A DNA stretch of 64,000 nt, taken from Cyanidioschyzon merolae. Its lineage: Eukaryota. Made by a program: the position numbers and the translations under genes. This document shows, one piece after another, positions 55,605 through 64,000 of the stretch. Each line of letters opens with the position of its first letter. The stretch's first letter is position 1. The notes beneath the pieces are model-generated. The model had not been told where the DNA came from, did not search any database, and saw nothing but the letters and a program-made list of their open reading frames with translations. The stretch lies in the NCBI GenBank assembly GCA_000091205.1, contig AP006489.2. One strand, written 5' to 3'.

Positions 55605-56967
55605 TTCAAATGGGACGCTAAACGGCTCACTCTGTTCCTGTCTGTCGATTTCTTCGGAGTTCATTCCTGATTCGTACTGCAGTCTCGACGTGAGAAGCGC
55701 GACAATAACGGCTGGCGGATTCATGCCGAATCCAGGAATGCTCCATCGACTTGTCAAGCTGGCGCGGTGGGTGCTCTCTCTCTCTCTCTCTCCGATCGAA
55801 TACGTTCTATCGTCAGAGCAGAGATCACTCGCTACGCCCTCGAACACACACTCATACAATAACCGATATTCGGATGCAATGCATAGGCGCCCAGGCAGCC
55901 ACGCTTCTCCTGTACGCACACGTAGCATACCCAGAGCAGGTGTGCTTCAAGTCTCCCGTCGTTCCGGTTCGAGGCAACTCGTGTACACGCGAACGACCAA
56001 CGCTGGCACGACAAGACGAAACGCTTGACGTCACCGCTTGACGACCTGTTCACAAGCTCGTGCCCGACGGTCGCTGAACTCGTCACCGCACACGACTGAG
56101 TCGCTTCGGAACGCAAGTGCTGCTCGCTGGGTGGCCACGGACGTCACGGCACTCGACAGCGGCACGCTGTCTGTCAGGGGATATGCGGCCAGAGGCTTCC
56201 GTCTCTGGTGTTGCCGTGCAAAAGCGTCTCGGACTCGGACTGGAGTCATCGCGGTGATCGCTTCGAGTGGAGAACGCGTCACCGTTTTGTGCCAAAAGCG
56301 AACGTAGACGCTTCAGGAGTTCTGGACGTGTTCGCCAGCGCGAGTATTGCCTGCAGCACCTGGTTCATCGTGGAAACCTGCGTCTCCGTTCCAGAAATCC
56401 TCTACGGAACGGAGACGCATGTACCTGCTCGTGTGCAACGGACACGGCACTCGACGAAGCGATCACCCGGAAGAAGCGCGTGACAGTAGCGTGCCTCACT
56501 AGTCGGAGAAGCGGCGGGTGCATCGACGGTAACCTTCGTCGCCCGTCCAGGGCGTGGACCTGGCGCTGAAGCGAGCGTTCACGAGACACAGGGCAGCGCT
56601 CTTAGGAGGGCGTGTGATGCTGGCGGTGCAGCGGTGCAGTGGTGCAGCGGTGCAGCGGTGCACAACTGGGTACACCCGGTCATAGCCTAGAGTGATCGCT
56701 GCGACCAGCGTACCGCGGCCGTATACGAGGAAGACGAGCGTAGCCATCCGAGTGCAGGTCGCAAGACAGGTGATCACTTTTCCAGTTGCTGACGGCTGCT
56801 CTGAAGACGACAGATAGACCTGCGTACTTCGAGCTGGAAACACACAGTTAGAGAATGAAGCAGTCCAAGGAAAAGACCCCAGAGGCTTCCGTAGATGATG
56901 CAACTGTAAACAGGTCGAAACATTTGTGCATCCACACGTGTTGGAGCACCCGTTCCCTTCCAGTCTG
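55605..56967 (+). repeat. dispersed repeat, young copy 2 (1363 bp)
   Basis: About 98% identical to copy 1 by inspection (single-base differences such as gcaggcgtgc versus gcaggtgtgc) and in the same orientation. Confidence 0.85.
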
Positions 56968-57430
56968 GAATTCATGAATACCTTATCTGATCTATATGTA
57001 GAGGTCGCGAGACCCGTCCGAACCCCAACATACGCATATGCGTTTTTTCCTGCACGTTGACGTGTCCATGGGCAGCGCCACTGCCGAAGACATACACGCT
57101 CATGAAACGTGGTATCTGGAGCGGCATCGATGTGATTTCGTAACACTCTACGACATTGCTGCTGACATCGACGCGAGCACAGGGGCATACGCGCTCATCC
57201 GCATCCGACCGTGGAGCCATTTCTGTCATGTGTACCAGATTCAAGAAAAGCCAATTCAAAGCAACCACTTGAAACATAGGGAATTCGTCGTCGTCACTCA
57301 CTTTTGCGTACTTGATCCCTTATTTAACCTGGTTCCCATTGACAATTTGTATGCTTTATGAACCAAAACAGGTCGCGTACGAAAACGAATCTGGCGCGAC
57401 CTTGTTCGAATCGTTTTGGCTTGTACTTGA

Positions 57431-59689
57431 TTGCCCGTGGCTCTTAGGAAGCGTTTCGGTCGGCACGGGGCGTTTCCCATGACTGACGAGCACCAGTCGG
57501 GCACAGCGTGTCAGAGCTCAGCGAGGAAACCGCCCAAGGGAGGTCTGCGACGAAGCACACGCAGCAGGATTCGGGAAGCTCCACCCGAAGACTCACCAGC
57601 GTTGCCGACGCCGCGTACGCCGCAATGGCAGGCCAAGGCGCCCGCTGAAACGCTCTGGAGCCCTTGGCGGGATCAAATAGAGACTGGTTTGGGGTTCGAA
57701 ACGCCGAAAAACTCCGGTAAAGGGGATCGTCGTCGAGGTCACCGTCGAGAGCAGCGGACCAGGCCGGCAGCCGACAAGCGACGCGTTCGCTGGGCGGCCT
57801 CAGTGCGTGGGAAACGCCCGCCGCTGCTCTCGATAGCTGTATCGGTGGCTGGCTGGATCACGCTGGTTATCGTTGCGGTACTTCTTCTGGTGCGTGGGCA
57901 AAAGTGGCAGCAACAGCAAGTGCTGTCGCTTCGGGCGACAACTCGGAGGTACGCGTACGCCACCCTGCTCTGTGATGATGAACGCATGCTCCGGGCAGTT
58001 GCGGCATTGGTGCACTCGCTTCGAGTCCGAGCAAACACCTCCTACCCGATCTTGGTGCTTACCACACCCAACTTGTCAACAGCGGCGTCACAGCATCTGG
58101 AGGCGCTTGGAGCAACAGTAATACGGCGCGAGCCGCTGCCGTATCCGTTTGCCCTGAACGCAGCCCGGCTCCGCGATAACAAACCCTGTCGCTATGCCAA
58201 GTTACACCTGTGGTCGTTAACAACATACGAAAAGATTGTGTTCCTTGATGGAGACACATTGGTTTTGGCACCAATTGATGATCTCTTTGAAAAGTATGAT
58301 GCGCTCGCTGCTGCTCCAGACCTCTATCCGGAGACGTTCAACTCCGGCGTGATGGTGCTCGAACCGCGCCACGATGTGTACGCCTCGATGTTGGCACGAT
58401 ATCGGGAGACACCCTCGTACAACTTGGGCGATCAGGGCTTTCTGAATAGTTTCTTTGGTGAGCAATGGAGAGCGAACCCGAAGCGTTTCCACTTGCCCCT
58501 GGAATACAACACGCTGCTGAAGCTGCGGGAGACCATTCTCTGGGCGAGCCTCCAGCGCCGCGTCCGTGTTGTCCATTTTACTGGAGAAACCAAACCGTGG
58601 AGCTGGCACTTGACCAATTTTCGTGACTGGGATCGTCATATCGATCCTGTCTTCTACTACGAATGGATTCAGATCGACCGATCAGCACGCAACTTATCAC
58701 TTGATGAACCGCACTGGGCCCGTTGCGCTCTGGAAGCCCAGACGCTAGCCATGCACAACGGGAGCCTTGGACAACGCTTTCCGCTTCGCGATCGCTACAG
58801 TGTGGTGCTCAGCACGTATAGCCGCGATGATTTGCTACATAAGCTGTTGCGCATTCATTATCGCCCTGGCCTGTTCCCTGGAAAACCCAAGTCGCGTCAG
58901 AAGGAACAAACATCGGACGCGAGTGCGCTGATCGATAAGGTATTCATTGTGTGGCATGATCCGCAGCGAACACCACCGCCGGACCTTCTTCGTAATCTGC
59001 CGCCGGATCGATTCCTGCTTGTTCAACAGCAGCAGGACTCGCTGAATAACCGCTTTAATCCTCTGGGGCCCGCTCTGCGCACACGAGCAGTGCTCATCGT
59101 CGATGACGATATTCGCATTCATCACGAGGATGCAGCATTCGCTTTCCGAGTCTGGCAGGATAATCCGAATGCGCTGGTTGGCTTCTTCCCGCGTTTTCAC
59201 CGGCGGCATCCTCAGACCGGAACGTATGAGTACCACATTGCTGAGCCCGTGGATCACGATGCGAACGCGAGTCACAGACAGTTCCGTCGCTACTCGATTG
59301 TGCTAACCAAGCACATGTTCATGCGCGCTGACTTTCTCTTCTACTATCGCTGCCTTCTGCCGGATGAACGCATTCATGCTTATGTCGACGAGCATCGGAA
59401 CTGCGAGGATATCGCTTGTCAGTGCATGGTGACCAGTATGGGTGGATCCGCTCCCATCGCCGTTCGTGCGGTGCACCCGGTCGAGGACTACGGCACCCCG
59501 GGTGTAGGCGTTGCCGGTGGTATCAGCGCATCACGGTCTCATTTGGGGTCCCGTTCCCACTGCATTGCGACCTTTTTAGAGACGTTTTGGAAAGGTTCAA
59601 ATGCCCTTCTTTATAATGACGTAATCATGGAGCGTTTTGTGAAGATTCCGTTTGAGAAAAAGCGACTGCGGGACCTGGCGAAAACGTGA
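57431..59689 (+). CDS. type-II membrane glycosyltransferase with fused GT8 (glycogenin/GUX/IPUT1-like) and GT64 (EXTL2/GINT1-like) catalytic domains
   Basis: The N-terminal signal anchor LLSIAVSVAGWITLVIVAVLLLV is followed by a GT8 domain (YATLLCDD…KLHLWSLTTYEKIVFLDGDTLVLAPIDDLF…FNSGVMVLEP…GDQGFLN…KPW). A GT64 domain follows (YSVVLSTYSRDDLL…VFIVWHD…VLIVDDDIRIHHEDAAFAFRVWQD…GFFPRFH…YSIVLTKHMF…CEDIACQCMV), collinear with EXTL2. Confidence 0.85.
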   Translation: MPVALRKRFGRHGAFPMTDEHQSGTACQSSARKPPKGGLRRSTRSRIREAPPEDSPALPTPRTPQWQAKAPAETLWSPWRDQIETGLGFETPKNSGKGDRRRGHRREQRTRPAADKRRVRWAASVRGKRPPLLSIAVSVAGWITLVIVAVLLLVRGQKWQQQQVLSLRATTRRYAYATLLCDDERMLRAVAALVHSLRVRANTSYPILVLTTPNLSTAASQHLEALGATVIRREPLPYPFALNAARLRDNKPCRYAKLHLWSLTTYEKIVFLDGDTLVLAPIDDLFEKYDALAAAPDLYPETFNSGVMVLEPRHDVYASMLARYRETPSYNLGDQGFLNSFFGEQWRANPKRFHLPLEYNTLLKLRETILWASLQRRVRVVHFTGETKPWSWHLTNFRDWDRHIDPVFYYEWIQIDRSARNLSLDEPHWARCALEAQTLAMHNGSLGQRFPLRDRYSVVLSTYSRDDLLHKLLRIHYRPGLFPGKPKSRQKEQTSDASALIDKVFIVWHDPQRTPPPDLLRNLPPDRFLLVQQQQDSLNNRFNPLGPALRTRAVLIVDDDIRIHHEDAAFAFRVWQDNPNALVGFFPRFHRRHPQTGTYEYHIAEPVDHDANASHRQFRRYSIVLTKHMFMRADFLFYYRCLLPDERIHAYVDEHRNCEDIACQCMVTSMGGSAPIAVRAVHPVEDYGTPGVGVAGGISASRSHLGSRSHCIATFLETFWKGSNALLYNDVIMERFVKIPFEKKRLRDLAKT

Positions 59690-60159
59690 TCGCTGCAGAG
59701 CTATCGCCAGTGCTGGTGCGGATGCAGAGGACCTGGACGCGCCCTCCAGTAGTCAAGCGTGCGAAGCATCGCGTCGGATCCAGTGAAGAGGTATTTTGTC
59801 GGCACTCGACTTGGCTGCTGGTGCAGGTTCTATGGTGCGCGGATCCTACGAGCAAGAGGGTCTGCACTCCAACCGTGGTGTAAGCGCTCGGCACACCCTC
59901 TATATTGCGTCAGGGGTTTAGGCTTCGCGTAGGTACACGGGCGAAGCGATCGTCGCATGCCTTGCGTCTGCGGGTTATACTGGCGAAGGACACGTGCGGA
60001 ATTCTGCTCGAAGATTCAAGAACTGTCGGCTAGGAGTTTGAACAGGAATCTGATTGTACCGTGCTTTGCGATGTGAATGCGATCGGGGAGTGCACCAAGA
60101 TGGCATTTGAATAAAATGCTCGTACATCGCTCCAGTTCTTGTTGTAGGTATGTATCGGG

Positions 60160-61523
60160 TTCAAACGGGACGCTAAACGGCTCACTCTGTTCCTGTCTGT
60201 CGATTTCTTCGGAGTTCATTCCTGATTCGTACTGCAGTCTCGACGTGAGAAGCGCGACAATAACGGCTGGCGGATTCATGCCGAATCCAGGAATGCTCCA
60301 TCGACTTGTCAAGCTGGCGCGGTGGGTGCGCTCTCTCTCTCTCTCTCCGATCGAATACGTTCTATCGTCAGAGCAGAGATCACTCGCTACGCCCTCGAAC
60401 ACACACTCATACAATAACCGATATTCGGATGCAATGCATAGGCGCCCAGGCAGCCACGCTTCTCCTGTACGCACACGTAGCATACCCAGAGCAGGCGTGC
60501 TTCAAGTCTCCCGTCGTTCCGGTTCGAGGCAACTCGTGTACACGCGAACGACCAACGCTGGCACGACAAGACGAAACGCTTGACGTCACCGCTTGACGAC
60601 CTGTTCACAAGCTCGTGCCCGACGGTCGCTGAACTCGTCACGGCACACGACTGAGTCGCTTCGGAACGCAAGTGCTGCTCGCTGGGTGGCCACGGACGTC
60701 ACGGCACTCGACAGCGGCACGCTGTCTGTCAGGGGATATGCGGCCAGAGGCTTCCGTCCCTGGTGTTGCCGTGCAAAAGCGTCTCGGACTCGGACTGGAG
60801 TCATCGCGGTGATCGCTTCGAGTGGAGAACGCGTCACCGTTTTGTGCCAAAAGCGAACGTAGACGCTTCAGGAGTTCTGGACGTGTTCGCCAGCGCGAGT
60901 ATTGCCTGCAGCACCTGGTTCATCGTGGAAACCTGCGTCTCCGTTCCAGAAATCCTCTACGGAACGGAGACGCATGTGCCTGCTCGTGTGCAACGGACAC
61001 GGCACTCGACGAAGCGATCACCCGGAAGAAGCGCGTGACAGTGGCGTGCCTCACTAGTCGGAGAAGCGGCGGGTGCATCGACGGTAACCTTCGTCGCCCG
61101 TCCAGGGCGTGGACCTGGCGCTGAAGCGAGCGTTCACGAGACACAGGGTAGCGCTCTTGGGAGGGCGTGTGATGCTGGCGGTGCAGCGGTGCAGTGGTGC
61201 AGCGGTGCAGCGGTGCATATCTGGGTACACCCGGTCATAGCCTAGAGTGATCGCTGCGACCAGCGTACCGCGACCGTATACGAGGAAGACGAGCGTAGCC
61301 ATCCGAGTGCAGGTCGCAAGACAGGTGATCACTTTTTCCAGTTGCTGACGGCTGCTCTGAAGACGACAGATAGACCTGCGTACTTCGAGCCGGAAACACA
61401 CAGTTAGAGAATGAAGCAGTCCAAGGAAAAGACCCCAGAGGCTTCCGTAGATGATGCAACTGTAAACAGGTCGAAACATTTGTGGATCCACACGTGTTGG
61501 CGCACCCGTTCCCTTCCAGTCTG
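60160..61523 (+). repeat. dispersed repeat, young copy 3 (1364 bp)
   Basis: Near-identical to copies 1 and 2 and in the same orientation. Confidence 0.85.
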
Positions 61524-63352
61524 TCATAGGCGTGCAGTAACTTGTTCAGTGATGCATTCCGTTGATGAGGGTGCTCGCGGGCCGTCGCGACGTCAACGCC
61601 CACTTCAAGCAAGCTGCTGGATTCTTGACTTGCTTTCCGCGTTCCTTGCCAGATTTGTCTTGCATGAGCATGTAAGCTGGATCGTACAGAAACGTTGTAC
61701 AAAGCCTAGCGTGGATCAAAGTGCACTGCCCAGTGCCAATGCACGGCAAGTGCTCGCTTCGCATCAAGCGTACGCTGCGTAGCTCCTATGCTGAGAACAT
61801 GCTGGGAAACCGAGCGCTTTACCTTTCACAGGCACGTGCCAAGCACGGGCTACGGCACTGCGTCTTCAGCTGCACAGGCGTTCGTGACAGTGTCGTATCG
61901 CATGAAAATGCAAGCGCTCTTTCTCGCAGTACAAGAGACAACCAGCACGGGTACCATATCGATCGTGATGACGCGTTTATGCTGCCACTTGGCGCCTGTC
62001 ACGCAGCTGGTCAGGTTGCAAGATAGCCAATGACTACACCCGCTTGCGCTCGGTGTTGTGTTGTTTGATAGCTGCCCTGTTCGCAAGTTTGAGTAAACGT
62101 TGTAGCTGCTCTGATCCAAGCAGTCGCACGGCTTCCTGGAGGCCCCGTTCTGATCGTAAACTTTCGAAGCGTTCTTGTAGAACCCGCAGCGGTACGTTCT
62201 TTTCTTCAGAGAGCAGTGTCCATAGCCATTCAGGGTAGGCGGATAACGGCTGCTTTGGCGGTCCTGTTTCGCCCTTGACAATATTAAGCGCGCTCCAGGT
62301 AGTCTCCGTGGCTTCTGACGCCAGCTGGTCTGTGCTTGTTGCGTCGGGAGCTGGACTCGGCTTTTCCGCTCGGTCTGGAGCCTGCTTTCGCGTTTTGGTT
62401 GCAACCCCGCGCCGCACAAGGAACTGGAACCGCTGCCTCAAGGCCCGTACGACGTCTAGCCCTTGCATTCCGTATCCGACGACACCTTCTGACGCAAATA
62501 GAAAAGAAGTTTGGCACCAATGAACGGCAACTACTGCTTTAACAGCGCGCAGCGTCAAGAGCGGTACAATCGACTGAAGAGCATGCGCTTAGGCCATTCG
62601 AACGCTCGTTCACGCGCTCTGCATGAAGCGAACACCGCATGCCGCTCCGGTCGACAAGGCGCTCACAGTGTCGAAACGAGTCCTGACACACACATTGCAC
62701 CTGTTGCTTTATGTCGTGGCTCACGTCATGCCTGGCAGTAGAGACCAGCGAGCACTGGAAAAGTCAGACCGCATCGCATCTGCTCTTCCGCGTATAAGCT
62801 GTCTTGTGGAACGAAATTGTGGACGAAAAATGCCAGAGGTATGTGGACTGCTGGCAGCCCTGCTTGACAACCACCTAGGAACAGTTGCTTGACGACATGC
62901 GTCGAGGTGAGCGTTGCTAGGCAAGACCTGCTCGAGTGCGAAGCATCGCGATCCCTCACGACATCCTATATATTATGATTACTTGGTAGCGAACAATGCT
63001 TCTACTGAACCGTGAGCGTCTACATCGCATTTGACAAGATGAAAGACGTATTTAACTGGACAAAATCAGGGAGAATCGGCTTGCCCGATGAGCGCCTGAG
63101 CACCAATCGCAGCGGTGCACGATTTGATCGCTTTCGAGTCGTGGAAAGCGGTTTGGTCCGAGGGCCGAATCGCGGCCCCTTGAATGAGATGCCATGACGC
63201 GCTTCAACCCTGATTGCGTTCATGAACGATGCTATCGCTTTGGCGGTTTGGATGCAACCACGCAACTGAATCACCGCTAGGTCTGATGTCGTCGGAACGT
63301 TCGCTTGACTCCTCTTTTCGAATAGCGAGTTGCACTTTGTTGCTTGTTCATA

Positions 63353-63882
63353 GACAGGTCTAGCATTTTGTTGGAGTGATCGCTTACGGAATGAGCCGAG
63401 TACTTGTCCCCACTGAAATATTATGATTTAGAAACTCGTAGACAGGTCTAGCATTTTGTTGGAGTGATCGCTTACGGAATGAGCCGAGTACTTGTCCCAA
63501 CTGAAATATTATGATTTAGAAACTCGTAGACAGGTCTAGCATTTTGTTGGAGTGATCGCTTACGGAATGAGCCGAGTACTTGTCCCCACTGAAATATTAT
63601 GATTTAGAAACTCGTAGACAGGTCTAGCATTTTGTTGGAGTGATCGCTTACGGAATGAGCCGAGTACTTGTCCCAACTGAAATAATATGATTTAGAAACT
63701 CGTAGACAGGTCTAGCATTTTGTTGGAGTGATCGCTTACGGAATGAGCCGAGTACTTGTCCCAACTGAAATAATATGATTTAGAAACTCGTAGACAGGTC
63801 TAGCATTTTGTTGGAGTGATCGCTTACGGAATGAGCCGAGTACTTGTCCCAATTGGAATATTATGATTTATAAACGGACAAA
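63353..63882. repeat. 88-bp tandem repeat array, 6 copies (AT-richer satellite-like)
   Basis: The unit gacaggtctagcattttgttggagtgatcgcttacggaatgagccgagtacttgtccc[c/a]actgaaata[t/a]tatgatttagaaactcgta recurs at 63353, 63441, 63529, 63617, 63705 and 63793. The last copy is degenerate. Confidence 0.9.
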
Positions 63883-64000
63883 TTGGATCACCTGTTGATC
63901 GACACGCAGCGGGCTCCCGGTGAAGCACTCGCTTACGCTTACCCATCCGTATCTCTTCGTTGCCGGTCGTATGAACGGTACGGATTCTTCACAGGCTGTT

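Noticed and set aside
63353-63882. CRISPR-like array
   Set aside because: The whole 88-bp unit repeats with no unique spacers, the unit is far longer than CRISPR repeats, and the sequence context is eukaryotic. The same reasoning applies to the 85-bp array at 12719-12973.

Overview
This 64-kb window looks like GC-rich (about 55-58%) nuclear DNA from an intron-poor eukaryote. Sixteen long, uninterrupted ORFs on both strands encode recognisable eukaryotic or organellar-type proteins. These are: Spg1/Tem1-like GTPase, NAPRT, RPL26, ABC1/ADCK kinase, a Rieske ferredoxin, an NAPE-PLD-like hydrolase, an NSUN2-like methyltransferase, a ROK sugar kinase, RIO1 kinase, purple acid phosphatase, Rpb9, Rpn7, ThiC, a FAAH-like amidase and a GT8-GT64 fusion glycosyltransferase. 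Gene density is about one gene per 3 kb, with divergent and convergent gene pairs and no operon-like organisation. The presence of ThiC, a transit-peptide-bearing ABC1 kinase and a Rieske protein suggests an alga-like protist (perhaps a compact red or green algal genome), but the taxon cannot be fixed from sequence alone. The non-genic fraction is dominated by one multi-age dispersed repeat family. Three about 98%-identical 1.36-kb direct copies bracket the amidase and GT8-GT64 genes, and older diverged copies lie near 12.1, 30.1 and 41.1 kb. A 5.7-kb ORF-poor block (26.3-32.0 kb) carries a Tc1/mariner-like DDE-transposase remnant. There are also several microsatellites, notably a (CACG)21 tract, and three minisatellite arrays with units of 33, 85 and 88 bp. 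The most unusual coding feature is the single-ORF fusion of a GT8 (glycogenin/IPUT1-like) domain to a GT64 (EXTL2/GINT1-like) domain.
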